From contig CAMKAT010000004.1 in assembly GCA_946410555.1 (NCBI GenBank), forward strand, positions 1-63,627: DNA of 63,627 nt, written 5' to 3'. The notes beneath the pieces were generated by a model that saw nothing but the letters and a program-made list of their open reading frames with translations, ran no database searches and was not told the DNA's origin. The position numbers and the translations under genes were made by a program. This document shows, in pieces, positions 18,806 through 28,764 of the stretch. The DNA comes from an uncultured Bacillales bacterium. GTDB taxonomy: Bacteria > Bacillota_I > Bacilli_A > RF39 > UBA660. Numbering within the stretch: the stretch's first letter is position 1; each line of letters begins with the position of its first letter.

Positions 18806-19195
18806 TTATAAAAGATCCTTTAGTGTTTTATTATCAAAGAATTCATTTAATGTATTATCTAAGTCACACCATAACTTCTTAGAAATACATGTGTCTTTTT
18901 TATCACAGTTATTATCGCAATCAACAGTTCTTATTGGGCCTTCGCTTGCTTTAATAATTTCTAAGATAGTGTATTCTTCAGGGCTTCTGTTTAACTTATA
19001 ACCTCCGCTTGCTCCTCTCAAGGTATCAACAAGTTTAGCTTTAGTTAAAAGAGCCATTATTTTTTCTAGATATTTTAAAGAAATAGATTCATTATCTGAT
19101 ATTTCTTTTAAAGTAATAAAGTTATTTGAATTATAATTCTTGGCTAGATATATCATTATAATTAATGCATATCTGCCTCTCGTAGAAATCTTCAT
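18806..19195 (-). CDS. Rrf2-family transcriptional regulator (IscR/SufR-like)
   Basis: MKISTRGRYALIIMIYLA N-terminal wHTH and a Cys cluster CDNNCDKKDTC. First gene of the suf operon. Confidence 0.85.
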   Translation of the reverse strand: MKISTRGRYALIIMIYLAKNYNSNNFITLKEISDNESISLKYLEKIMALLTKAKLVDTLRGASGGYKLNRSPEEYTILEIIKASEGPIRTVDCDNNCDKKDTCISKKLWCDLDNTLNEFFDNKTLKDLL

Positions 19196-19210
19196 AAAAT
19201 CACCAAAAAT

Positions 19211-19257
19211 ATTATACTACCAATTTGGTAGGAATTACAATAAAAAGAATGTAATTC
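19211..19257 (-). promoter_or_regulatory. suf operon promoter with palindromic operator candidates
   Basis: Minus-strand -10 TATAAT (19211-19216) and -35 TTGTAA (19235-19240). CTACCAAtTTGGTAG (19217-19231) fills the spacer. A second inverted repeat GAATTACA...TGTAATTC lies at 19232-19257. Confidence 0.5.
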
Positions 19258-19318
19258 TTAGTTAAGTTATATTGCTTATTTATTTATAATTAAATATACT
19301 TTAAATAGGAGAATATGT

Positions 19319-20038
19319 ATGGAAGGTATAAAGATATTTTTAGCTATATTACCAGTGTTTATATTTGCATTATATGTTTATATACATGATACAGAAAAAG
19401 AACCAACTCATATGCTTATTAAAGCATTTGTTTTTGGTATGTTAATAGCTATTCCATGTATGTATGTAGAAAGTGCTTTATCATCAAGTCTATATTTTTT
19501 ACAAAAATCTTATATAACAAGTTTTCTATATGTACTTATAGTAATTGCTCTTGTTGAAGAGGGTTATAAATTCTTAGCTACTTATATACTTTTTTATCAT
19601 GATAAAAATGTTAATTATACATTCGATATGATAGTTTATACTACATTCTTAGGATTAGGTTTTGCTTTCTTTGAAAATATAATCTATTTAAAGACATTAC
19701 CATTATCTTCAGTAATATTGAGAGGATTTACTGCAGTTCCTGTTCATTTATCATGTGGAATAATCATGGGATATTATGCATCACTTATGAAAACTGATAA
19801 AAAGAAATTTAAAAAGAACTTATTAAAAGCTTTGCTTATACCTATTCTTATTCATGGTTTTTATAATTATTATCTAGTTTATATATCAACATTAATTAGA
19901 AAGTTATTTACTTATAATCAATCTATAATGATTACTTATTCATTACTTATATTATTACTTGGATGTTTATTCTTATCTGTACATTATGTATTATCTAAAT
20001 GTTCTTTAGAAGACAAAAAAATAAAGGTTAAAAAATAA
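19319..20038 (+). CDS. prsW: PrsW-family intramembrane glutamic/metallo-protease
   Basis: Multi-TM protein with EEGYKF and HGFYN motifs characteristic of PrsW. Confidence 0.8.
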   Translation: MEGIKIFLAILPVFIFALYVYIHDTEKEPTHMLIKAFVFGMLIAIPCMYVESALSSSLYFLQKSYITSFLYVLIVIALVEEGYKFLATYILFYHDKNVNYTFDMIVYTTFLGLGFAFFENIIYLKTLPLSSVILRGFTAVPVHLSCGIIMGYYASLMKTDKKKFKKNLLKALLIPILIHGFYNYYLVYISTLIRKLFTYNQSIMITYSLLILLLGCLFLSVHYVLSKCSLEDKKIKVKK

Positions 20039-20051
20039 CCTTTATTTTTAT

Positions 20052-21371
20052 TTACCACATAACTGTATAACTACCATCGGAAGAGTAGAAGTTATCTAAG
20101 GTATTAATATATCCATATAATCTATATAGATCAGAATTTCTATCAGTATAACTTAATTTATTAATTCTAACTCCTTTAAGAAGTGATTCAGCAATATAAA
20201 TGTAATTATCATCTAGACCTGCGATTAAAGCTGTATGGCCATCTCTTGCAACAATATCACCAACTTTATATTTTCTAGCATTAGCATATTCATATGTAAG
20301 TTCATGCATTTCTCCGATATCACTCATATCATCAATACCGGGGCTAATACCAGATCCAATATCACCAACATCATGACCACTATTTAGCATAGCCCATGTT
20401 ACAAATCCTGAACAATCTAATCCATTAGGATATAAACCTCCGATAGTCCAACCATATTCATCATCGTAATTAACAAGTCCACATCCCCAGATTGCTGGTC
20501 CAGAATGGACTTTTTTTAAGTCTTTAAACTTAGATTCGTTTAGATATAATCCTATATGATAATATCTTCCTTCGCCATCAACATATCTTTGTCCATTAGT
20601 GTTATTAAGTCTTCCATGTTCAAAGAAGTATGGAACTTTATATCTAAAATTTAAAGTAATAAATCTTAATACTTGAATCATAGCCGCTCTTGAACCAGGT
20701 TCTTCAGCGGTAACTCTTGATTCTAATATTTTATCTAATAATTCATTTTCTTCTTTAGAATATCTATTGCAAGGAACCTTACTTTTATTATCATCAAGTT
20801 CTGGTTTTCTAATAATATCAGTTACTATAACTTTGATTGTATCACTAACACCATTCTTAGTAGTTACCTTAACATTAGTAGTTCCTACATTGTTACCAGT
20901 TATTTTACCGTTATCTACTTTAACAATGTTTTCATCATCACTTGTCCAAGTTACTTCTTTATCTGTAACACTTCCTATTTCTTCGAAAGATAATCTTAAA
21001 TTATATGATTCACCAGGAGCTAAATAGTATTCATGTGTATGTATTTTTATTTTAGTTATTTCGTTTATTTTAATATTTATTTCTTTATAGTCATTAGTAA
21101 ATGAATTTTTTACCTTTAACTTATATTCACCGTCAACAACATTAAATTCACATTTACCATTCACAGGTTTAACCCATTCATTTTCATTAATGGCACATAC
21201 TGAATCTAAATAGTTATTATCTACATCCATATAAACAGTTAAACTATTATCAGAATTAAGACTACTATAACTTATGTTAGATATCGTAATTGGATTTAAC
21301 ATGAAAAAAGATAGGAAACATAATAAAGATACAAATATAATAACTGTCAAAAAAAATATGACTTTCTTCAT
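20052..21371 (-). CDS. Secreted cell-wall peptidase: Big_2 domain plus C-terminal NlpC/P60-like cysteine peptidase
   Basis: Signal/TM N-terminus; Big_2-like VTWTSDDENIVKVDNGKITGNNVGTTNVKVT; catalytic context GLDCSGFVTWAM ... DGHTALIAG. Confidence 0.75.
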   Translation of the reverse strand: MKKVIFFLTVIIFVSLLCFLSFFMLNPITISNISYSSLNSDNSLTVYMDVDNNYLDSVCAINENEWVKPVNGKCEFNVVDGEYKLKVKNSFTNDYKEINIKINEITKIKIHTHEYYLAPGESYNLRLSFEEIGSVTDKEVTWTSDDENIVKVDNGKITGNNVGTTNVKVTTKNGVSDTIKVIVTDIIRKPELDDNKSKVPCNRYSKEENELLDKILESRVTAEEPGSRAAMIQVLRFITLNFRYKVPYFFEHGRLNNTNGQRYVDGEGRYYHIGLYLNESKFKDLKKVHSGPAIWGCGLVNYDDEYGWTIGGLYPNGLDCSGFVTWAMLNSGHDVGDIGSGISPGIDDMSDIGEMHELTYEYANARKYKVGDIVARDGHTALIAGLDDNYIYIAESLLKGVRINKLSYTDRNSDLYRLYGYINTLDNFYSSDGSYTVMW

Positions 21372-21449
21372 ATCAAACTCACCTTAAATTAATTATAAAT
21401 TATAAATAATAAAAAAACTATAAGATTAATATCTTATAGTTAGTTTTTT

Positions 21450-22391
21450 CTAGAAGCCGTGGCTAGCTCCTCCACCAGAGGAACCGCCACCTCCGCCTCC
21501 GCCGCCTCCGCCACCAGAGGAACTATCGGATTGAGGACTATAAACTCTTTTTGTACCAGTTTTAACAATATTAATATTACTTATTGCAACTGATTTTTCA
21601 ATACCATTAAATAATTCTTTACCTTTAGCTTTCTTTATTGAAGATGTACTTAATACATATATATAACAAATGAATGTAGCAATTGTTATTGATATAAATA
21701 TATTAGACATCATCTTCATTGGTTCAAATATTTGTTTACCAGAAAGTAATGTATATATTTGTTTAAATGCATTGTTAGCACATCCATAGTAATTACCATT
21801 AGTAGCATATCTATATACATTAGATACAATTGATTCGGCTTTATTAGTAGTTATAATATTATAGTTCTTTCCATCACTAAATACACTTAATTGTCTTATT
21901 TTCATATTGATCATGAAAATGGTACCGCTAGTTGTACCAAAATTACTATGATACCAGTCTTGTGCATATTTGTTTGGATTGCTAGTTTGTACACTAACTG
22001 AAACAAATCCAGCATTACCAAACTCACTACATAACTCTAAAGTTTTTAATAATTCTTCTTCTTCAGAATCTGTTAAAATATCTGCATCATCATCAACAAA
22101 ATATTTATAACCACTTGATTCATTATTTCTTACCTTAGCATTTTTACCTAAATCAGCATTATTATATGTTGAAGTTATATTATTAAACTCATCTTCTAAA
22201 TCATCTAAATCATAATCATCGTCATCATCATAATAACTAGTAGTTTTTGAACTTTTAGTAGTAGATGAATAACTGGTTCTTGTTGTACTTGTGACTACAC
22301 TTGCTTTACTAGTTGTAGTAACTTCTTCAGCCATTACTGTTGGTATAAATACAAATAGTAATGCAATCATTAATACTTTAATCTTATTCAT
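21450..22391 (-). CDS. TPM-domain protein with a TM segment and a Gly-rich C-terminal tail
   Basis: Signal peptide, FVDDDADILTDSEEEELLKTLE (TPM signature region), TM segment, tail SSGGGGGGGGGGGSSGGGASHGF. ATG 22391 follows a GGTGGTGA RBS. Confidence 0.7.
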   Translation of the reverse strand: MNKIKVLMIALLFVFIPTVMAEEVTTTSKASVVTSTTRTSYSSTTKSSKTTSYYDDDDDYDLDDLEDEFNNITSTYNNADLGKNAKVRNNESSGYKYFVDDDADILTDSEEEELLKTLELCSEFGNAGFVSVSVQTSNPNKYAQDWYHSNFGTTSGTIFMINMKIRQLSVFSDGKNYNIITTNKAESIVSNVYRYATNGNYYGCANNAFKQIYTLLSGKQIFEPMKMMSNIFISITIATFICYIYVLSTSSIKKAKGKELFNGIEKSVAISNINIVKTGTKRVYSPQSDSSSGGGGGGGGGGGSSGGGASHGF

Positions 22392-23823
22392 CTTTATCAC
22401 CACCTCTTTTATTTAATTGTGGTAAAGGTCTTGCTATAAATGTATTATGTTTATTAATGATAAGTCTAAAAATAATAAGTATTAAAGCAAGTGATATAGA
22501 TGCAGCAATATAGTAAAACTCATCTTGGAATGGATGGAACATTAATATAATTAGTGAAGGTATACCAGATAAAAATAATGGTAATCCATATCCTTTAGTT
22601 TTATTTTTTACCTTTTTAGCTTTCTTTGCTTTTTTATTTCCTTCGATAATCATTTCCTCTTTATTATCTGCATTTGCTGTATTTTTATAATTATATCCTT
22701 CATCATTAATTCTATTTTCTTTTTCATTTATATGTTTTAAATCAATTGATTGTAGGATAACTGCTATTACTAATGCAATAATGGCTGCAATACAAACATA
22801 ATTTGGAGTTAATGTTAAGAAATATTGCATTACTGCAAAAATAGGTATAGCTAGTAATAATACAGCTACTAAATATTTCTTAAAGTCTACTGGAATATCT
22901 ACTGCTGATTTACCAGTTTGACCATTAATAACTGCATAGTGAATTCTATCACCTTTTTTATTTTTAAATGATGCAAAGTAAACAGGGAAGAAACCTGTTC
23001 TTTTATCATTAATATGAGAACTTACTTTCATACCTGTAATTGAATATGGTCTAAGTTCTTTAGTTCTAGAAATCTCAGATACAATATCATCTGTTACTGT
23101 TTTTAGTGCATCATCGTTATATATATCATTATCTACATCACTAGTATCTGCATAGTTACCAATTAAATAGTTATGATTAAATTCTTCTTTACCATCTTTA
23201 TAATTAAATGGTATTGCTTGACTTACATCATCACTATATGAAGAAGATAAATCAAATGATAAACCATCATAATCAGCATCTACTTTACCTGTAATACTAT
23301 ATACATCATAGATTACATAATCACCTGATCTATGAGAATATCTTTCTCCCTTTGCTTCAAAGTTTTCATGAGTTTCAATATCATATATTTCATAAGGCAT
23401 ATAAATACCTCTGAACTTCTTTAATATAATATCTTTCTTAAATTCATTTGGAGCAAACATAGATTTATTAAGTTTTTCTTTGTATAAATTAATAGCTTCA
23501 TCTTTAGTTTTCTTAAATGGTATAACTACCTTAGGATTAAGCATATTAATTTCACTTTCAATTAATGCTTGCGAATCACAGTAATTACAGAAAGTAACTG
23601 CTGTATCATCAAAAGTTACTAATTGAGCACCACATTGTGAACATGTAAAACATTTACCTTTAGTAGTACCTGTATCATATTCAGTTGCAGTTCTCTCAGT
23701 AGCACCTTTAACTTTGTTAATTTCTTTCTTTGGGTCGAACTCTGAATCACAGTAAGGACATTTAACAACTTGTCCTTTGATTTCAAAATCCATCTCCCCA
23801 CCACAATGAGGACATTTTATCAT
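22384..23823 (-). CDS. Zinc-ribbon membrane protein (479 aa)
   Basis: N-terminal CPHCGG...CPYCDS and CSQCGA...CNYCDS ribbons with C-terminal TM helices. Overlaps the downstream TPM gene. Confidence 0.65.
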   Translation of the reverse strand: MIKCPHCGGEMDFEIKGQVVKCPYCDSEFDPKKEINKVKGATERTATEYDTGTTKGKCFTCSQCGAQLVTFDDTAVTFCNYCDSQALIESEINMLNPKVVIPFKKTKDEAINLYKEKLNKSMFAPNEFKKDIILKKFRGIYMPYEIYDIETHENFEAKGERYSHRSGDYVIYDVYSITGKVDADYDGLSFDLSSSYSDDVSQAIPFNYKDGKEEFNHNYLIGNYADTSDVDNDIYNDDALKTVTDDIVSEISRTKELRPYSITGMKVSSHINDKRTGFFPVYFASFKNKKGDRIHYAVINGQTGKSAVDIPVDFKKYLVAVLLLAIPIFAVMQYFLTLTPNYVCIAAIIALVIAVILQSIDLKHINEKENRINDEGYNYKNTANADNKEEMIIEGNKKAKKAKKVKNKTKGYGLPLFLSGIPSLIILMFHPFQDEFYYIAASISLALILIIFRLIINKHNTFIARPLPQLNKRGGDKDE

Positions 23824-23896
23824 AGTATCACCAATTATAATTCTACCAAAATTAGTATCTTTTATAAATAAAAAAACAATTACTTTTCAGTAATTG

Positions 23897-24850
23897 TTAT
23901 CCCATATATATTACATATGAATAATAAATAATAAATATAATTAAGAAACTTAATCCTTCCTTTTTAGATATCTTATGATCATTAAAAGAATATAAGAATA
24001 AAAGTATAGAACTTCCTAAGAATACAAGTAAATCTATAGGATTAAAGTTTATTTGATTAGTTCCTCCAAAGATAGTAATTGGAATACCTATAACCATACC
24101 TATATTAAATATGTTAGAACCAACTACATTACCAATGGCTATATCAAATTGTCCTTTTCTTGTAGCAGTTACTGAAGTAACTAACTCTGGTAGAGAAGTA
24201 CCTAATGCAATGATAGTTAAAGATATTAACTTTTGAGAAACACCTAAAGCTTCTGCAATCTTAGCAGCTGAATCAACAACAAAGTTGGAACCAAGTACTA
24301 TTGCTATAATTCCTCCAAGTGTAAAAATAATAGCTTTTCCAATAGGTAAATACTCTTCATCTTGATCATCATCTATCTTATGTCTAGCAAGACTTATTAA
24401 ATAATAGATAAATATAGTAAAGAATAATAATAGTACAATACCATCACTTCTAGTAAATGCATTTTCATATCCTATATTAAATAACTTATCTGAAAGTAAT
24501 ACACAAAATAAAGTAGTTATTAACATAGTGATAGGTAATTCTTTTTTAACTGTATTATTCTTAACTGTTAAAGAGTGAAACATACTACTTACTCCAAGTA
24601 TTAAAAGTATATTTAATATGTTAGAACCAATAACATTACCAAATACTATATCGTGATTACCTGAGATTATAGATTTTATTGATACTGCAAGTTCTGGAGC
24701 AGAGGTACCAAAAGCAACAATAGTTAAACCAATAAGCATTTTTGATACTTTAAAGTTTCCTGCGATACTAGATGCACCATCTACAAATACATCAGCACCC
24801 TTAATTAATATTACAAATCCAATTATTAGTAAAAATATATTTAAAATCAT
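23897..24850 (-). CDS. Ca2+/Na+ antiporter (CaCA family, YrbG-like)
   Basis: Two alpha-repeats GNVIGSNILNI and GNVVGSNIFNI; about 10 TM. GGAGG RBS precedes the ATG at 24850. Confidence 0.85.
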   Translation of the reverse strand: MILNIFLLIIGFVILIKGADVFVDGASSIAGNFKVSKMLIGLTIVAFGTSAPELAVSIKSIISGNHDIVFGNVIGSNILNILLILGVSSMFHSLTVKNNTVKKELPITMLITTLFCVLLSDKLFNIGYENAFTRSDGIVLLLFFTIFIYYLISLARHKIDDDQDEEYLPIGKAIIFTLGGIIAIVLGSNFVVDSAAKIAEALGVSQKLISLTIIALGTSLPELVTSVTATRKGQFDIAIGNVVGSNIFNIGMVIGIPITIFGGTNQINFNPIDLLVFLGSSILLFLYSFNDHKISKKEGLSFLIIFIIYYSYVIYMG

Positions 24851-24947
24851 ATTAAAGTCCTCCATAAGCGAATTATACATATTAATAAAATAAAAGTAAA
24901 TTATTTTTAAAATATATGTTAAACTATATATTACCTAGGAGGTAAGT

Positions 24948-25289
24948 ATGGGAAAGATAGATGTAAAATTATGGATAAAATATCATAATCATCCAAAGTC
25001 ACATTATACAGATGATGAACTTAGAATTATTAGAAAAACTGATGTTTTTATATGCTTCTTAGTTCCTACGAATTTGCTTGAAAAAAGAATTAATCTTGAA
25101 GAAGTAAGAAATTGTTCTCCCTTAAAAAAATTTAATTTACTTTCAAGAGAATCAGAATATTTTGGTGTACCTCCAGAAGTAATTAGTATTAAAATTGATG
25201 AATTATTAAATGAAAATATCAATGAAATAAAGAAAGAGAAAAAAGAAGGAAAAATTAGAACTCTAATTAATAAAATAAAAAAACATTAA
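24948..25289 (+). CDS. Hypothetical protein (113 aa)
   Basis: ORF with an AGGAGG RBS; its stop codon lies inside hairpin repeat copy 0. Confidence 0.6.
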   Translation: MGKIDVKLWIKYHNHPKSHYTDDELRIIRKTDVFICFLVPTNLLEKRINLEEVRNCSPLKKFNLLSRESEYFGVPPEVISIKIDELLNENINEIKKEKKEGKIRTLINKIKKH

Positions 25290-25307
25290 CTTAATTGTTA
25301 ATGTTTT
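25280..25307. repeat. Hairpin repeat family, copy 0 (bidirectional terminator)
   Basis: AAAACATTAAC-ttaatt-GTTAATGTTTT. It differs from the other copies by one compensated stem pair and lies between convergent genes. Confidence 0.7.
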
Positions 25308-26077
25308 CTTTTTGTATATTTATTATTTAAGTAAAGCTTTTTAGCCATTTCTTCATAATTAGTATTTAATTCATCGTTACAATCATAAATGAATCTACAT
25401 TTATCTTCATTTAATTTAAAATTATTTTTGAACAAAGAATTAAACTCAAGGTAATCTTCACCATCGAAGTAAGAACCACCAAGTGAGAATTTCCATTCTT
25501 TTAGATTATTTAAAAGATTAGCATTAATATTATCTATTGATGAAAAAATACAAAATGTACCATCACCAAATAATTGTGCATTCTTTAAATATTTATACTT
25601 TTCAACAAATTCTTGATATTCCATAAATAAATCTAAATAATCTTTAGCAGGAAATCCATCAACTTTTACTTCATCTCTATAAAAGTTTTCATTGTTATAT
25701 GGAAGTCCTCCGCTTGTAACGAAAGTCTCTATCTTTCCATCTTTTTCTAAGATATTAAAGTAAGTAAAGTTATGATCAGTCATTATTGGTTTTTCTACAT
25801 ATATTTCTACATTTTTAAAAGTGGAATCACTGTTTTTATAATCTAATATAATTGAGTTATATTTTCCTAATTTAATCTTTCCTAATTTTTCATAATCTTT
25901 TTTAAATCTCATATATTCATCATTAAAGCTTTTCATAAAATCATATACTGATATAGAGTTTTCTAAATTAGGTACTTGCTTCTTTATATCAAAGTCCACT
26001 TTACATAGATCTTCTCTTGTAATTGTATCAGTAAATATTAAGTTACTAGTATTCACAAAATCATTTCTTTTATCCAT
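25298..26077 (-). CDS. Hypothetical protein (259 aa)
   Basis: Long ORF with no motif recognised; the C-terminal KH-stop is encoded within the hairpin. Confidence 0.65.
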   Translation of the reverse strand: MDKRNDFVNTSNLIFTDTITREDLCKVDFDIKKQVPNLENSISVYDFMKSFNDEYMRFKKDYEKLGKIKLGKYNSIILDYKNSDSTFKNVEIYVEKPIMTDHNFTYFNILEKDGKIETFVTSGGLPYNNENFYRDEVKVDGFPAKDYLDLFMEYQEFVEKYKYLKNAQLFGDGTFCIFSSIDNINANLLNNLKEWKFSLGGSYFDGEDYLEFNSLFKNNFKLNEDKCRFIYDCNDELNTNYEEMAKKLYLNNKYTKRKH

Positions 26078-26197
26078 AATACACTTCCTTAGAATTGATT
26101 ATATCATAGTTAATAATAAGTAAATAAAAATATTACAATAGTATTCAAATACTTATATATGTTATGATAATTAAAAGTATATAGATAGGAGATAGAT

Positions 26198-26770
26198 ATG
26201 AAAAAAACAGGTTTAATTATAATAGGAGTAATCGTAGTTGTACTAGTAATGTTAATTGGATTCTATGTATCAACTTATAATTCAATCATTGGATTAGAAG
26301 AAAGAGTAAATACAGAATATTCTAATATTAATGTTCAATTAGAAAGAAGAGCAGACCTTATACCTAACTTAATAAATACAGTTAAAGGTTATATGGCTCA
26401 TGAAGAATCTATTATCAATAGCATTACTGAAGCAAGAGAAAACTTAGTTAAAGCAAATACAGTTTCTGATAAAGCTGCAGCTAATGAATCATTAACAAAA
26501 GCTTTAAATAATTTAAATGTAATTGTTGAAAATTATCCAGATTTAAAATCTAATACTAATTTCATTCAATTACAAGATGAACTTGCTGGTACTGAAAATA
26601 GAATTGCTACAGTAAGAAGAGATTATAATAATGTAGTTAAAGAATATAATACTAAAATTAAAACTATTCCTTCTTCAATCGTAGCTTCTATGATGGGAAG
26701 AACTTCTAAAGATTATTTTGAAGTAACAGATGAATCTAAAACTACAGTTCCTTCAGTAAACTTTAATTAA
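26198..26770 (+). CDS. lemA: LemA-family protein
   Basis: N-terminal TM, then YNSIIGLEERVNTEYSNINVQLERRADLIPNL, typical of LemA. Confidence 0.88.
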   Translation: MKKTGLIIIGVIVVVLVMLIGFYVSTYNSIIGLEERVNTEYSNINVQLERRADLIPNLINTVKGYMAHEESIINSITEARENLVKANTVSDKAAANESLTKALNNLNVIVENYPDLKSNTNFIQLQDELAGTENRIATVRRDYNNVVKEYNTKIKTIPSSIVASMMGRTSKDYFEVTDESKTTVPSVNFN

Positions 26771-26781
26771 TAAGGTACTTC

Positions 26782-27666
26782 ATGAAAAAAATACTAAAAG
26801 TATTGTTAGTATGTTTAATAGTTTTTACTACTCGTGTATTTGCTATTGAAACAACCGAAGAATTTTATATTAATGATTATGCAAATATATTAAGTGAAGA
26901 AACTGAAGACTATATTCAAACTAATAGTGTTAGTTTAGCTAATGCTACTACAGCACAAATCGTAGTAGTTACAGTACCTTCATTAAATGGTGTTTCACTA
27001 GAAGAATATTCTACTAATCTTTTTAGGCAATTTGGAATCGGAGATAAAGAAAAAAATAATGGATTACTTATTTTAATTGCTCTTGAAGAAAGAAAGTCTA
27101 GAATTGAAGTAGGTTATGGTCTTGAAGGAGTTTTACCTGATGGTAAAACAGGTAGAATTCAAGATGAATATATGATTCCGTATTTTAAGGATAATAATTT
27201 TGATGAAGGAATACTTAATGGTTATAAAGCTTTATTTAAAGAAGTGGCTAATGAATATAATTATGATGCTAGTAATATTAATCCAATTCCAGTTGAAAAT
27301 GAAAAGGATGATACTTTTCTTAACTTTATAGCACTTCTTTTAATAGGTAAAATATTTTATACATTTATTATTCTTGGAACCGATTTAATTACTGCTAGAG
27401 AAAAGATGACTCAATTTATTATTTTAGAGATTTGGTCAATAGGTGTAGCAATGGGTAGTTATCATTATGCAGGTGATGCAGCATTCATGCTGATAGTTGT
27501 AGGGACATTATTTAATATACTTGCAGTTTTAGTTCACTTTGTAGACTTTGGTTCTGGTGGTTATAGTTCTGGTGGTTATCACGGAGGCGGCGGCTTCTCA
27601 TCTGGTGGTGGATTCCATGGCGGAGGAGGTTCATCCGGAGGTGGCGGATCTTCAAGAAGTTTTTAA
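26782..27666 (+). CDS. TPM-domain protein (YgcG-like) with TM segments and a Gly-rich tail
   Basis: YINDYANILSEETEDYI, RIEVGYGLEGVLPDG, C-terminal GGYSSGGYHGGGGFSSGGGFHGGGGSSGGGGS. The pairing with lemA is conserved. Confidence 0.85.
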   Translation: MKKILKVLLVCLIVFTTRVFAIETTEEFYINDYANILSEETEDYIQTNSVSLANATTAQIVVVTVPSLNGVSLEEYSTNLFRQFGIGDKEKNNGLLILIALEERKSRIEVGYGLEGVLPDGKTGRIQDEYMIPYFKDNNFDEGILNGYKALFKEVANEYNYDASNINPIPVENEKDDTFLNFIALLLIGKIFYTFIILGTDLITAREKMTQFIILEIWSIGVAMGSYHYAGDAAFMLIVVGTLFNILAVLVHFVDFGSGGYSSGGYHGGGGFSSGGGFHGGGGSSGGGGSSRSF

Positions 27667-27743
27667 GTAAAATACTATCTTTATGATAGTATTTTTTTAT
27701 ATAATAATATTAATTAATGATATACTTTAGGTGAGGCGATAAT

Positions 27744-28739
27744 ATGAAGCGTTTAAAATATGTAATTTCTCGTATATTTAAAATGGATTTTAAAAATATG
27801 TTTAGAATTGCAAAAAAAATAAGTAAAAAGGCAAAAAGACCTAGATTATTTATTCTTATAGATATGGTTATCTGTGGATTTAAATATGGGGCAGGTTATT
27901 ATGACTATCAAGAATTTGAATTCTATTTATTAAAAGGTAAAGAAAGAAAAACTTATCTTACTAGAGCTAAGAATAATCAAATAATTAGTACATATAATGA
28001 TAAAAAGTTCTTCCATGTATTAGATAATAAAATAGAATTTAATGAAAAATTTAAAGACTATATAAATAGAGATTATATGTTTATTGATGATAATTATGAT
28101 GAATTTGAAAAATTCTTCAAAAGTCATAAAACTATCATAGCTAAGATTATTGACGGTGAAGGTGGAAAAGGAATTGAAAAGTTCACTTATACTGATTCCA
28201 CTGAATCTAAAAAAATATATAATTCTTTAGTTAAGAAAAATGAATTATTAATTGAAGAATGTATCGTTCAACATGAATCAGTAGATAAGTTATATTCAGG
28301 TTCAGTTAATACATTAAGATTATTTACTTTCTTTGATGGTAAGAAAGCTTATGTAGTTAATCAAATATTTAAATTTGGTAATGGTGGAGTAACTGATAAC
28401 TTCAGTAGTGGCGGTATGTATACATTCACTGATGAGGAAGGTGAAGTTATTGTTCCTGCTATTGATAGGGAAGATAATACTTTTGAAGTTCATCCTTTAA
28501 CAAATGAAAAAATCATAGGTTATAAAGTTCCTCATTTCAAAGAAGCTTGTGATCTTGTTTGTAAAGCTGCAAAGGAAATTCCTGAGATTAAGTATATTGG
28601 TTGGGATGTAGCAATTACAAAAAAAGGTCCTGCTATTATCGAAGGAAATTCATTCCCTGGAGTATTCCAAATTAAACCAAGTTTCTTAAGAAATAAAGGA
28701 TTAATAACTAAATATAGTAAATATATGAATATAAAATAA
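27744..28739 (+). CDS. ATP-grasp domain protein (sugar-transfer-associated / alpha-L-glutamate-ligase-like type)
   Basis: GEGGKGIEKF glycine-rich loop and C-terminal IIEGNSFPG. Confidence 0.6.
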   Translation: MKRLKYVISRIFKMDFKNMFRIAKKISKKAKRPRLFILIDMVICGFKYGAGYYDYQEFEFYLLKGKERKTYLTRAKNNQIISTYNDKKFFHVLDNKIEFNEKFKDYINRDYMFIDDNYDEFEKFFKSHKTIIAKIIDGEGGKGIEKFTYTDSTESKKIYNSLVKKNELLIEECIVQHESVDKLYSGSVNTLRLFTFFDGKKAYVVNQIFKFGNGGVTDNFSSGGMYTFTDEEGEVIVPAIDREDNTFEVHPLTNEKIIGYKVPHFKEACDLVCKAAKEIPEIKYIGWDVAITKKGPAIIEGNSFPGVFQIKPSFLRNKGLITKYSKYMNIK

Positions 28740-28764
28740 AACACTAACTTAAAGTTAGTGTTTT
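28738..28764. repeat. Hairpin repeat family, copy A (bidirectional terminator at the left edge of the accessory region)
   Basis: AAAACACTAAC-ttaaa-GTTAGTGTTTT. Overlaps the stops of both convergent ORFs. Confidence 0.75.

Noticed and set aside
21465-21520. GC-rich tandem GGN/GCC tract as a noncoding repeat or foreign insertion
   Set aside because: It is in frame and encodes the poly-Gly tail typical of TPM-domain proteins. The paralogue at 27545-27660 has the same feature.
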